A stretch of 64,000 bases of DNA from Eledone cirrhosa (lineage: Eukaryota), in the NCBI GenBank assembly GCA_964016885.1, contig OZ024758.1, positions 37,448,001-37,512,000 of the forward strand, written 5' to 3'. This document shows, piece by piece, positions 24,850 through 39,400 of this stretch. A program made the position numbers and the translations under genes. Positions within the stretch are counted from its first letter, which is position 1, and the number at the start of each line of letters is the position of its first letter. The notes under the pieces were generated by a model. The model was given only the letters and a program-made list of their open reading frames with translations. It searched no databases and was not told where the DNA came from.

Positions 24850-27800
24850 TGTCAGAAGTAACTCCACTGTTGGTGAGAATTCATTTAAGTCATGGTATTA
24901 GTTGTCAGAAGTAACTCCAATGTTGGTGAGAATTCATTTAAGTTCATGGTATTAGCTGTCAGAAGGAACTCCACTGTTGGTGAGAATTCATTTAAGTTCA
25001 TGGTATTAGCTGTCAGAAGGAACTCCAATGTTGGTGAGAATTCATTTAAGTCATGGTACTAGCTGTCAGAAGTAACTCCACTGTTGGTGAGAATTCATTT
25101 AAGTTCATGGTATTAGCTGTCAGAAGGAACTCCACTGTTGGTGAGAATTCATTTAAGTTCATGGTACTAGCTGTCAGAAGTAACTCCACTGTTGGTGAGA
25201 ATTCATTTAAGTTCATGGTATTAGTTTGTCAGAAGTAACTCCACTGTTGGTGAGAATTCATTTAAGTCATGGTATTAGTTGTCAGAAGTAACTCCAATGT
25301 TGGTGAGAATTCATTTAAGCCATGGTACTAGCTGTCAGAAGTAACTCCAATGTTGGTGAGAATTCATTTAATTTCATGGTATTAGCTGTCAGAACGAACT
25401 CCACTGTTGGTGAGAATTCATTTAAGTTCATGGTATTAGCTGTCAGAAGTAACTCCACTGTTGGTGAGAGTTCATTTAAGTCATGGTATTAGCTGTCAGA
25501 AGTAACTCCAATGTTGGTGAGAATTCATTTAAGTTCATGGTATTAGCTGTCAGAAGTAACGCCACAGTTGGTGAGAATTCATTTAAGTTCAAGGTATTAG
25601 CTGTCAGAAGTAACTCCACTGTTGGTGAGAGTTCATTTAAGTTCATGGTACTAGCTGTCAGAAGTAACTCCACTGTTGGTGAGAATTCATTTAAGTTCAT
25701 GGTATTAGTTTGTCAGAAGTAACTCCACTGTTGGTGAGAATTCATTTAAGTCATGGTATTAGTTGTCAGATGTAACTCCAATGTTGGTGAGAATTCATTT
25801 AAGTTCATGGTATTAGCTGTCAGAAGGAACTCCACTGTTGGTGAGAATTCATTTAAGTTCATGGTATTAGCTGTCAGAAGGAACTCCAATGTTGGTGAGA
25901 ATTCATTTAAGTCATGGTACTAGCTGTCAGAAGTAACTCCACTGTTGGTGAGAATTCATTTAAGTTCATGGTATTAGCTGTCAGAAGGAACTCCACTGTT
26001 GGTGAGAATTCATTTAAGTTCATGGTACTAGCTGTCAGAAGTAACTCCACTGTTGGTGAGAATTCATTTAAGTTCATGGTATTAGTTTGTCAGAAGTAAC
26101 TCCACTGTTGGTGAGAATTCATTTAAGTCATGGTATTAGTTGTCAGAAGTAACTCCAATGTTGGTGAGAATTCATTTAAGCCATGGTACTAGCTGTCAGA
26201 AGTAACTCCACTGTTGGTGAGAATTCATTTAAGTTCATGGTATTAGCTGACAGAAGGAACGCCACTGTTGGTGAGAATTCATTTAAGTTCATGGTATTAG
26301 CTGTCAGAAGTAACTCCACTGTTGGTGAGAATTCATTTAAGTTCATGGTACTAGCTGTCAGAAGTAACTCCACTGTTGGTGAGAATTCATTTAAGTTCAT
26401 GGTATTAGTTTGTCAGAAGTAACTCCACTGATGGTGAGAATTCATTTAAGTCATGGTATTAGTTGTCAGAAGTAACTCCAATGTTGGTGAGAATTCATTT
26501 AAGTTCATGGTATTAGCTGTCAGAAGGAACTCCACTGTTGGTGAGAATTCATTTAAGTTCATGGTATTAGCTGTCAGAAGGAACTCCAATGTTGGTGAGA
26601 ATTCATTTAAGTCATGGTACTAGCTGTCAGAAGTAACTCCACTGTTGGTGAGAATTCATTTAAGTTCATGGTATTAGCTGTCAGAAGGAACTCCACTGTT
26701 GGTGAGAATTCATTTAAGTTCATGGTACTAGCTGTCAGAAGTAACTCCACTGTTGGTGAGAATTCATTTAAGTTCATGGTATTAGTTTGTCAGAAGTAAC
26801 TCCACTGTTGGTGAGAATTCATTTAAGTCATGGTATTAGTTGTCAGAAGTAACTCCAATGTTGGTGAGAATTCATTTAAGCCATGGTACTAGCTGTCAGA
26901 AGTAACTCCAATGTTGGTGAGAATTCATTTAATTTCATGGTATTAGCTGTCAGAACGAACTCCACTGTTGGTGAGAATTCATTTAAGTTCATGGTATTAG
27001 CTGTCAGAAGTAACTCCACTGTTGGTGAGAGTTCATTTAAGTCATGGTATTAGCTGTCAGAAGTAACTCCAATGTTGGTGAGAATTCATTTAAGTTCATG
27101 GTATTAGCTGTCAGAAGTAACGCCACAGTTGGTGAGAATTCATTTAAGTTCATGGTATTAGCTGTCAGAAGTAACTCCACTGTTGGTGAGAGTTCATTTA
27201 AGTTCATGGTACTAGCTGTCAGAAGTAACTCCACTGTTGGTGAGAATTCATTTAAGTTCATGGTATTAGTTTGTCAGAAGTAACTCCACTGTTGGTGAGA
27301 ATTCATTTAAGTCATGGTATTAGTTGTCAGATGTAACTCCAATGTTGGTGAGAATTCATTTAAGTTCATGGTATTAGCTGTCAGAAGGAACTCCACTGTT
27401 GGTGAGAATTCATTTAAGTTCATGGTATTAGCTGTCAGAAGGAACTCCAATGTTGGTGAGAATTCATTTAAGTCATGGTACTAGCTGTCAGAAGTAACTC
27501 CACTGTTGGTGAGAATTCATTTAAGTTCATGGTATTAGCTGTCAGAAGTAACTCCACTGTTGGTGAGAATTCATTTAAGTTCATGGTATTAGTTTGTCAG
27601 AAGTAACTCCACTGTTGGTGAGAATTCATTTAAGTCATGGTATTAGTTGTCAGAAGTAACTCCAATGTTGGTGAGAATTCATTTAAGCCATGGTACTAGC
27701 TGTCAGAAGTAACTCCAATGTTGGTGAGAATTCATTTAATTTCATGGTATTAGCTGTCAGAACGAACTCCACTGTTGGTGAGAATTCATTTAAGTTCATG

Positions 27801-30400
27801 GTATTAGCTGTCAGAAGTAACTCCACTGTTGGTGAGAGTTCATTTAAGTCATGGTATTAGCTGTCAGAAGTAACTCCAATGTTGGTGAGAATTCATTTAA
27901 GTTCATGGTATTAGCTGTCAGAAGTAACGCCACAGTTGGTGAGAATTCATTTAAGTTCATGGTATTAGCTGTCAGAAGTAACTCCACTGTTGGTGAGAGT
28001 TCATTTAAGTTCATGGTACTAGCTGTCAGAAGTAACTCCACTGTTGGTGAGAATTCATTTAAGTTCATGGTATTAGTTTGTCAGAAGTAACTCCACTGTT
28101 GGTGAGAATTCATTTAAGTCATGGTATTAGTTGTCAGATGTAACTCCAATGTTGGTGAGAATTCATTTAAGTTCATGGTATTAGCTGTCAGAAGGAACTC
28201 CACTGTTGGTGAGAATTCATTTAAGTTCATGGTATTAGCTGTCAGAAGGAACTCCAATGTTGGTGAGAATTCATTTAAGTCATGGTACTAGCTGTCAGAA
28301 GTAACTCCACTGTTGGTGAGAATTCATTTAAGTTCATGGTATTAGCTGTCAGAAGGAACTCCACTGTTGGTGAGAATTCATTTAAGTTCATGGTACTAGC
28401 TGTCAGAAGTAACTCCACTGTTGGTGAGAATTCATTTAAGTTCATGGTATTAGTTTGTCAGAAGTAACTCCACTGTTGGTGAGAATTCATTTAAGTCATG
28501 GTATTAGTTGTCAGAAGTAACTCCAATGTTGGTGAGAATTCATTTAAGCCATGGTACTAGCTGTCAGAAGTAACTCCACTGTTGGTGAGAATTCATTTAA
28601 GTTCATGGTATTAGCTGACAGAAGGAACGCCACTGTTGGTGAGAATTCATTTAAGTTCATGGTATTAGCTGTCAGAAGTAACTCCACTGTTGGTGAGAAT
28701 TCATTTAAGTTCATGGTACTAGCTGTCAGAAGTAACTCCACTGTTGGTGAGAATTCATTTAAGTTCATGGTATTAGTTTGTCAGAAGTAACTCCACTGAT
28801 GGTGAGAATTCATTTAAGTCATGGTATTAGTTGTCAGAAGTAACTCCAATGTTGGTGAGAATTCATTTAAGTTCATGGTATTAGCTGTCAGAAGGAACTC
28901 CACTGTTGGTGAGAATTCATTTAAGTTCATGGTATTAGCTGTCAGAAGGAACTCCAATGTTGGTGAGAATTCATTTAAGTCATGGTACTAGCTGTCAGAA
29001 GTAACTCCACTGTTGGTGAGAATTCATTTAAGTTCATGGTATTAGCTGTCAGAAGGAACTCCACTGTTGGTGAGAATTCATTTAAGTTCATGGTACTAGC
29101 TGTCAGAAGTAACTCCACTGTTGGTGAGAATTCATTTAAGTTCATGGTATTAGTTTGTCAGAAGTAACTCCACTGTTGGTGAGAATTCATTTAAGTCATG
29201 GTATTAGTTGTCAGAAGTAACTCCAATGTTGGTGAGAATTCATTTAAGCCATGGTACTAGCTGTCAGATGTAACTCCAATGTTGGTGAGAATTCATTTAA
29301 TTTCATGGTATTAGCTGTCAGAACGAACTCCACTGTTGGTGAGAATTCATTTAAGTTCATGGTATTAGCTGTCAGAAGTAACTCCACTGTTGGTGAGAGT
29401 TCATTTAAGTCATGGTATTAGCTGTCAGAAGTAACTCCAATGTTGGTGAGAATTCATTTAAGTTCATGGTATTAGCTGTCAGAAGTAACGCCACAGTTGG
29501 TGAGAATTCATTTAAGTTCATGGTATTAGCTGTCAGAAGTAACTCCACTGTTGGTGAGAGTTCATTTAAGTTCATGGTACTAGCTGTCAGAAGTAACTCC
29601 ACTGTTGGTGAGAATTCATTTAAGTTCATGGTATTAGTTTGTCAGAAGTAACTCCACTGTTGGTGAGAATTCATTTAAGTCATGGTATTAGTTGTCAGAT
29701 GTAACTCCAATGTTGGTGAGAATTCATTTAAGTTCATGGTATTAGCTGTCAGAAGGAACTCCACTGTTGGTGAGAATTCATTTAAGTTCATGGTATTAGC
29801 TGTCAGAAGGAACTCCAATGTTGGTGAGAATTCATTTAAGTCATGGTACTAGCTGTCAGAAGTAACTCCACTGTTGGTGAGAATTCATTTAAGTTCATGG
29901 TATTAGCTGTCAGAAGGAACTCCACTGTTGGTGAGAATTCATTTAAGTTCATGGTACTAGCTGTCAGAAGTAACTCCACTGTTGGTGAGAATTCATTTAA
30001 GTTCATGGTATTAGTTTGTCAGAAGTAACTCCACTGTTGGTGAGAATTCATTTAAGTCATGGTATTAGTTGTCAGAAGTAACTCCAATGTTGGTGAGAAT
30101 TCATTTAAGCCATGGTACTAGCTGTCAGAAGTAACTCCACTGTTGGTGAGAATTCATTTAAGTTCATGGTATTAGCTGACAGAAGGAACGCCACTGTTGG
30201 TGAGAATTCATTTAAGTTCATGGTATTAGCTGTCAGAAGTAACTCCACTGTTGGTGAGAATTCATTTAAGTTCATGGTACTAGCTGTCAGAAGTAACTCC
30301 ACTGTTGGTGAGAATTCATTTAAGTTCATGGTATTAGTTTGTCAGAAGTAACTCCACTGATGGTGAGAATTCATTTAAGTCATGGTATTAGTTGTCAGAA
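24850..30400. repeat. Short-period higher-order repeat block, 1561-bp (29-monomer) unit with an extra 807-bp (15-monomer) partial copy
   Basis: 25053->26614, 25483->27044, 27851->29412, 28282->29843 and 28551->30112 are all +1561. 27044->27851 is +807. 25914->28282 and 26183->28551 are +2368 (1561+807). Confidence 0.85.
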
Positions 30401-33400
30401 GTAACTCCAATGTTGGTGAGAATTCATTTAAGTTCATGGTACTAGCTGTCAGAAGTAACTCCACTGTTGGTGAGAATTCATTTAAGTCATGGTATTAGCT
30501 GTCAGAAGTAACTCCAATGTTGGTGAGAATTCATTTAAGTTCATGGTATTAGCTGTCAGAAGTAACTCCGCTGTTGGTGAGAATTCATTTAAGTTCAAGG
30601 TATTAGCTGTCAGAAGTAACTCCACTGTTGGTGAGAATTCATTTAGGTTCATGGTATTAGCTGTCAGAAGTAACTCCACTGTTGGTGAGAATTCATTTAA
30701 GTTCATGGTATTAGCTGTCAGAAGGAACTCCAATGTTGGTGAGAATTCATTTAAGTCATGGTACTAGCTGTCAGAAGTAACTCCACTGTTGGTGAGAATT
30801 CATTTAAGTTCATGGTATTAGCTGTCAGAAGGAACGCCACTGTTGGTGAGAATTCATTTAAGTTCATGGTATTAGCTGTCAGAAGGAACTCCACTGTTGG
30901 TGAGAATTCATTTAAGTTCATGGTACTAGTTGTCAGAAGTAACTCCACTGTTGGTGAGAATTCATTTATGTCATGGTATTAGCTGTCAGAAGTAACTCCA
31001 CTGTTGGTGAGAATTCATTTATGTTCATGGTATTAGTTTGTCAGAAGTAACTCCACTGTTGGTGAGAATTCATTTAAGTTCATGGTACTAGCTGTCAGAA
31101 GTAACTCCACTGTTGGTGAGAATTCATTTAAGTTCATGGTATTAGCTGTCAGAAGTCACTCCAATGTTGGTGAGAATTCATTTAGGTTCATGGTATTAGC
31201 TGTCAGAAGTCACTCCACTGTTGGTGAGAATTCATTTAAGTTCATGGTACTAGCTGTCCGAAGTAACCCCAATGTTCGTGAGAATTCATTTAAGTTCATG
31301 GTATTAGCTGTCAGAAGTCACTCCAATGTTGGTGAGAATTCATTTAAGTTCATGGTATTAGCTGTCAGAAGTAACTCCACTGTTGGTGAGAATTCATTTA
31401 AGTTCATGGTATTAGCTGTCAGAAGTAACTCCAATGTTGGTGAGAATTTATTTAAGTTCATGGTATTAGCTGTCAGAAGTCACTCCACTGTTGGTGAGAA
31501 TTCATTTAAGTTCATGGTACTAGCTGTCAGAAGTAACCCCAATGTTGGTGAGAATTCATTTAAGTTCATGGTATTAGCTGTCAGAAGTCACTCCAATGTT
31601 GGTGAGAATTCATTTAAGTTCATGGTATTAGCTGTCAGAAGTAACTCCACTGTTGGTGAGAATTCATTTAAGTTCATGGTATTAGCTGTCAGAAGTAACT
31701 CCACTGTTGGTGAGAATTCATTTAAGTTCATGGTATTAGCTGTCAGAAGTAACTCCACTGTTGGTGAGAATTCATTTAAGTTCATGGTATTAGCTGTTAG
31801 ATGGAACTCCAATGTTGGTGAGAATTCATTTAAGTCATGGTACTAGCTGTCAGAAGTAACTCCACTGTTGGTGAGAATTCATTTAAGTTCATGGTATTAG
31901 CTGTCAGAAGTCACTCCACTGTTGGTGAGAATTCATTTAAGTTCATGGTACTAGCTGTCAGAAGTAACTCCAACGTTGGTGAGAATTCATTTAAGTTCAT
32001 GGTATTAGCTGTCAGAAGTCACTCCAATGTTGGTGAGAATTCATTTAAGTTCATGGTATTAGCTGTCAGAAGTAACTCCACTGTTGGTGAGAATTCATTT
32101 AAGTTCATGGTATTAGCTGTCAGAAGTAACTCCACTGTTGGTGAGAATTCATTTAAGTTCATGGTATTAGCTGTCAGAAGGAACTCCAATGTTGGTGAGA
32201 ATTCATTTAAGTTCATGGTACTAGCTGTCAGAAGTAACTCCACTGTTGGTGAGAATTCATTTAAGTTCATGGTACTAGCTGTCAGAAGTAACTCCACTGT
32301 TGGTGAGAATTCATTTAAGTTCATGGTATTAGTTCGTCAGAAGTAACTCCACTGATGGTGAGAATTCATTTAAGTCATGGTATTAGTTGTCAGAAGTAAC
32401 TCCAATGTTGGTGAGAATTCATTTAAGTTCATGGTACTAGCTGTCAGAAGTAACTCCACTGTTGGTGAGAATTCATTTAAGTCATGGTATTAGCTGTCAG
32501 AAGTAACTCCAATGTTGGTGAGAATTCATTTAAGTTCATGGTATTAGCTGTCAGAAGTCACTCCAATGTTGGTGAGAATTCATTTAAGTTCATGGTATTA
32601 GCTGTCAGAAGTAACTCCACTGTTGGTGAGAATTCATTTAAGTTCATGGTATTAGCTGTCAGAAGTAACTCCACTGTTGGTGAGAATTCATTTAAGTTCA
32701 TGGTATTAGCTGTCAGAAGTAACTCCACTGTTGGTGAGAATTCATTTAAGTTCATGGTATTAGCTGTCAGAAGGAACTCCAATGTTGGTGAGAATTCATT
32801 TAAGTCATGGTACTAGCTGTCAGAAGTAACTCCACTGTTGGTGAGAATTCATTTAAGTTCATGGTATTAGCTGACAGAAGGAACGCCACTGTTGGTGAGA
32901 ATTCATTTAAGTTCATGGTATTAGCTGTCAGAAGTCACTCCACTGTTGGTGAGAATTCATTTAAGTTCATGGTACTAGCTGTCAGAAGTAACCCTAATGT
33001 TGGTGAGAATTCATTTAAGTTCATGGTATTAGCTGTCAGAAGTCACTCCAATGTTGGTGAGAATTCATTTAAGTTCATGGTATTAGCTGTCAGAAGTAAC
33101 TCCACTGTTGGTGAGAATTCATTTAAGTTCATGGTATTAGCTGTCAGAAGTAACTCCACTGTTGGTGAGAATTCATTTAAGTTCATGGTATTAGCTGTCA
33201 GAAGGAACTCCACTGTTGGTGAGAATTCATTTAAGTTCATGGTACTAGCTGTCAGAAATAACTCCACTGTTGGTGAGAATTCATTTATGTTCATGGTATT
33301 AGTTTGTCAGAACTAACTCCACTGTTGGTGAGAATTCATTTAAGTCATGGTATTAGTTGTCAGAAGTAACTCCAATGTTGGTGAGAATTCATTTAAGCCA

Positions 33401-36400
33401 TGCTACTAGCTGTCAGAAGTAACTCCAATGTTGGTGAGAATTCATTTAAGTTCATGGTATTAGCTGTCAGAACGAACTCCACTGTTGGTGAAAATTCATT
33501 TAAGTTCATGGTATTAGCTGTCAGAAGTAACTCCACTGTTGGTGAGAATTCATTTAAGTTCATGGTACTAGCTGTCAGAAGTAACTCCAATGTTGGTGAG
33601 AATTCATTTAAGTTCATGGTATTAGCTGTCAGAAGTAACTCCACTGTTGGTGAGAGTTCATTTAAGTCATGGTATTAGCTGTCAGAAGTAACTCCAATGT
33701 TGGTGAGAATTCATTTAAGTTCATGGTATTAGCTCTCAGAAGTAACTCCACTGTTGGTGAGAATTCATTTAAGTTCATGGTATTAGCTGTCAGAAGTAAC
33801 TCCACTGTTGGTGAGAATTCATTTAAGTTCATGGTACTAGCTGTCAGAAGTAACTCCACTGTTGGTGAGAATTCATTTAAGTTCATGGTATTAGTTTGTC
33901 AGAAGTAACTCCACTGTTGGTGAGAATTCATTTAAGTCATGGTATTAGTTGTCAGAAGTAACTCCAATGTTGGTGAGAATTCATTTAAGTTCATGGTATT
34001 AGCTGTCAGAAGGAACTCCACTGTTGGTGAGAATTCATTTAAGTTCATGGTATTAGCTGTCAGAAGGAACTCCAATGTTGGTGAGAATTCATTTAAGTCA
34101 TGGTACTAGCTGTCAGAAGTAACTCCACTGTTGGTGAGAATTCATTTAAGTTCATGGTATTAGCTGTCAGAAGGAACTCCACTGTTGGTGAGAATTCATT
34201 TAAGTTCATGGTACTAGCTGTCAGAAGTAACTCCACTGTTGGTGAGAATTCATTTAAGTTCATGGTATTAGCTGTCAGAAGTAACTCCACTGTTGGTGAG
34301 AGTTCATTTAAGTCATGGTATTAGCTGTCAGAAGTAACTCCAATGTTGGTGAGAATTCATTTAAGTTCATGGTATTAGCTGTCAGAAGTAACGCCACAGT
34401 TGGTGAGAATTCATTTAAGTTCATGGTATTAGCTGTCAGAAGTAACTCCACTGTTGGTGAGAGTTCATTTAAGTTCATGGTACTAGCTGTCAGAAGTAAC
34501 TCCACTGTTGGTGAGAATTCATTTAAGTTCATGGTATTAGTTTGTCAGAAGTAACTCCACTGTTGGTGAGAATTCATTTAAGTCATGGTATTAGTTGTCA
34601 GATGTAACTCCAATGTTGGTGAGAATTCATTTAAGTTCATGGTATTAGCTGTCAGAAGGAACTCCACTGTTGGTGAGAATTCATTTAAGTTCATGGTATT
34701 AGCTGTCAGAAGGAACTCCAATGTTGGTGAGAATTCATTTAAGTCATGGTACTAGCTGTCAGAAGTAACTCCACTGTTGGTGAGAATTCATTTAAGTTCA
34801 TGGTATTAGCTGTCAGAAGGAACTCCACTGTTGGTGAGAATTCATTTAAGTTCATGGTACTAGCTGTCAGAAGTAACTCCACTGTTGGTGAGAATTCATT
34901 TAAGTTCATGGTATTAGTTTGTCAGAAGTAACTCCACTGTTGGTGAGAATTCATTTAAGTCATGGTATTAGTTGTCAGAAGTAACTCCAATGTTGGTGAG
35001 AATTCATTTAAGCCATGGTACTAGCTGTCAGAAGTAACTCCACTGTTGGTGAGAATTCATTTAAGTTCATGGTATTAGCTGACAGAAGGAACGCCACTGT
35101 TGGTGAGAATTCATTTAAGTTCATGGTATTAGCTGTCAGAAGTAACTCCACTGTTGGTGAGAATTCATTTAAGTTCATGGTACTAGCTGTCAGAAGTAAC
35201 TCCACTGTTGGTGAGAATTCATTTAAGTTCATGGTATTAGTTTGTCAGAAGTAACTCCACTGATGGTGAGAATTCATTTAAGTCATGGTATTAGTTGTCA
35301 GAAGTAACTCCAATGTTGGTGAGAATTCATTTAAGTTCATGGTACTAGCTGTCAGAAGTAACTCCACTGTTGGTGAGAATTCATTTAAGTCATGGTATTA
35401 GCTGTCAGAAGTAACTCCAATGTTGGTGAGAATTCATTTAAGTTCATGGTATTAGCTGTCAGAAGTAACTCCGCTGTTGGTGAGAATTCATTTAAGTTCA
35501 AGGTATTAGCTGTCAGAAGTAACTCCACTGTTGGTGAGAATTCATTTAGGTTCATGGTATTAGCTGTCAGAAGTAACTCCACTGTTGGTGAGAATTCATT
35601 TAAGTTCATGGTATTAGCTGTCAGAAGGAACTCCAATGTTGGTGAGAATTCATTTAAGTCATGGTACTAGCTGTCAGAAGTAACTCCACTGTTGGTGAGA
35701 ATTCATTTAAGTTCATGGTATTAGCTGTCAGAAGGAACGCCACTGTTGGTGAGAATTCATTTAAGTTCATGGTATTAGCTGTCAGAAGGAACTCCACTGT
35801 TGCTGAGAATTCATTTAAGTTCATGGTATTAGCTGTCAGAAGGAACTCCACTGTTGGTGAGAATTCATTTAAGTTCATGGTACTAGTTGTCAGAAGTAAC
35901 TCCACTGTTGGTGAGAATTCATTTATGTCATGGTATTAGCTGTCAGAAGTAACTCCACTGTTGGTGAGAATTCATTTATGTTCATGGTATTAGTTTGTCA
36001 GAAGTAACTCCACTGTTGGTGAGAATTCATTTAAGTTCATGGTACTAGCTGTCAGAAGTAACTCCACTGTTGGTGAGAATTCATTTAAGTTCATGGTATT
36101 AGCTGTCAGAAGTCACTCCAATGTTGGTGAGAATTCATTTAGGTTCATGGTATTAGCTGTCAGAAGTCACTCCACTGTTGGTGAGAATTCATTTAAGTTC
36201 ATGGTACTAGCTGTCCGAAGTAACCCCAATGTTCGTGAGAATTCATTTAAGTTCATGGTATTAGCTGTCAGAAGTCACTCCAATGTTGGTGAGAATTCAT
36301 TTAAGTTCATGGTATTAGCTGTCAGAAGTAACTCCACTGTTGGTGAGAATTCATTTAAGTTCATGGTATTAGCTGTCAGAAGTAACTCCAATGTTGGTGA

Positions 36401-39400
36401 GAATTTATTTAAGTTCATGGTATTAGCTGTCAGAAGTCACTCCACTGTTGGTGAGAATTCATTTAAGTTCATGGTACTAGCTGTCAGAAGTAACCCCAAT
36501 GTTGGTGAGAATTCATTTAAGTTCATGGTATTAGCTGTCAGAAGTCACTCCAATGTTGGTGAGAATTCATTTAAGTTCATGGTATTAGCTGTCAGAAGTA
36601 ACTCCACTGTTGGTGAGAATTCATTTAAGTTCATGGTATTAGCTGTCAGAAGTAACTCCACTGTTGGTGAGAATTCATTTAAGTTCATGGTATTAGCTGT
36701 CAGAAGTAACTCCACTGTTGGTGAGAATTCATTTAAGTTCATGGTATTAGCTGTTAGATGGAACTCCAATGTTGGTGAGAATTCATTTAAGTCATGGTAC
36801 TAGCTGTCAGAAGTAACTCCACTGTTGGTGAGAATTCATTTAAGTTCATGGTATTAGCTGTCAGAAGTCACTCCACTGTTGGTGAGAATTCATTTAAGTT
36901 CATGGTACTAGCTGTCAGAAGTAACTCCAACGTTGGTGAGAATTCATTTAAGTTCATGGTATTAGCTGTCAGAAGTCACTCCAATGTTGGTGAGAATTCA
37001 TTTAAGTTCATGGTATTAGCTGTCAGAAGTAACTCCACTGTTGGTGAGAATTCATTTAAGTTCATGGTATTAGCTGTCAGAAGTAACTCCACTGTTGGTG
37101 AGAATTCATTTAAGTTCATGGTATTAGCTGTCAGAAGGAACTCCAATGTTGGTGAGAATTCATTTAAGTTCATGGTACTAGCTGTCAGAAGTAACTCCAC
37201 TGTTGGTGAGAATTCATTTAAGTTCATGGTACTAGCTGTCAGAAGTAACTCCACTGTTGGTGAGAATTCATTTAAGTTCATGGTATTAGTTTGTCAGAAG
37301 TAACTCCACTGATGGTGAGAATTCATTTAAGTCATGGTATTAGTTGTCAGAAGTAACTCCAATGTTGGTGAGAATTCATTTAAGTTCATGGTACTAGCTG
37401 TCAGAAGTAACTCCACTGTTGGTGAGAATTCATTTAAGTCATGGTATTAGCTGTCAGAAGTAACTCCAATGTTGGTGAGAATTCATTTAAGTTCATGGTA
37501 TTAGCTGTCAGAAGTCACTCCAATGTTGGTGAGAATTCATTTAAGTTCATGGTATTAGCTGTCAGAAGTAACTCCACTGTTGGTGAGAATTCATTTAAGT
37601 TCATGGTATTAGCTGTCAGAAGTAACTCCACTGTTGGTGAGAATTCATTTAAGTTCATGGTATTAGCTGTCAGAAGTAACTCCACTGTTGGTGAGAATTC
37701 ATTTAAGTTCATGGTATTAGCTGTCAGAAGGAACTCCAATGTTGGTGAGAATTCATTTAAGTCATGGTACTAGCTGTCAGAAGTAACTCCACTGTTGGTG
37801 AGAATTCATTTAAGTTCATGGTATTAGCTGACAGAAGGAACGCCACTGTTGGTGAGAATTCATTTAAGTTCATGGTATTAGCTGTCAGAAGTAACTCCAC
37901 TGTTGGTGAGAATTCATTTAAGTTCATGGTACTAGCTGTCAGAAGTAACTCCAATGTTGGTGAGAATTCATTTAAGTTCATGGTATTAGCTGTCAGAAGG
38001 AACTCCACTGTTGGTGAGAATTCATTTAAGTTCATGGTATTAGCTGTCAGAAGTAACTCCACTGTTGGTGAGAATTCATTTAAGTTCATGGTATTAGCTG
38101 TCAGAAGTCACTCCAATGTTGGTGAGAATTCATTTAAGTTCATGGTATTAGCTGTCAGAAGTCACTCCACTGTTGGTGAGAATTCATTTAAGTTCATGGT
38201 ACTAGCTGTCCGAAGTAACCCCAACGTTGGTGAGAATTCATTTAAGTTCATGGTATTAGCTGTCAGAAGTCACTCCAATGTTGGTGAGAATTCATTTAAG
38301 TTCATGGTATTAGCTGTCAGAAGTAACTCCACTGTTGGTGAGAATTCATTTAAGTTCATGGTATTAGCTGTCAGAAGTAACTCCACTGTTGGTGAGAATT
38401 CATTTAAGTTCATGGTATTAGCTGTCAGAAGGAACTCCACTGTTGGTGAGAATTCATTTAAGTTCATGGTACTAGCTGTCAGAAATAACTCCACTGTTGG
38501 TGAGAATTCATTTATGTTCATGGTATTAGTTTGTCAGAACTAACTCCACTGTTGGTGAGAATTCATTTAAGTCATGGTATTAGTTGTCAGAAGTAACTCC
38601 AATGTTGGTGAGAATTCATTTAAGCCATGCTACTAGCTGTCAGAAGTAACTCCAATGTTGGTGAGAATTCATTTAAGTTCATGGTATTAGCTGTCAGAAC
38701 GAACTCCACTGTTGGTGAAAATTCATTTAAGTTCATGGTATTAGCTGTCAGAAGTAACTCCACTGTTGGTGAGAATTCATTTAAGTTCATGGTACTAGCT
38801 GTCAGAAGTAACTCCAATGTTGGTGAGAATTCATTTAAGTTCATGGTATTAGCTGTCAGAAGTAACTCCACTGTTGGTGAGAGTTCATTTAAGTCATGGT
38901 ATTAGCTGTCAGAAGTAACTCCAATGTTGGTGAGAATTCATTTAAGTTCATGGTATTAGCTCTCAGAAGTAACTCCACTGTTGGTGAGAATTCATTTAAG
39001 TTCATGGTATTAGCTGTCAGAAGTAACTCCACTGTTGGTGAGAATTCATTTAAGTTCATGGTACTAGCTGTCAGAAGTAACTCCACTGTTGGTGAGAATT
39101 CATTTAAGTTCATGGTATTAGTTTGTCAGAAGTAACTCCACTGTTGGTGAGAATTCATTTAAGTCATGGTATTAGTTGTCAGAAGTAACTCCAATGTTGG
39201 TGAGAATTCATTTAAGTTCATGGTATTAGCTGTCAGAAGGAACTCCACTGTTGGTGAGAATTCATTTAAGTTCATGGTATTAGCTGTCAGAAGGAACTCC
39301 AATGTTGGTGAGAATTCATTTAAGTCATGGTACTAGCTGTCAGAAGTAACTCCACTGTTGGTGAGAATTCATTTAAGTTCATGGTATTAGCTGTCAGAAG

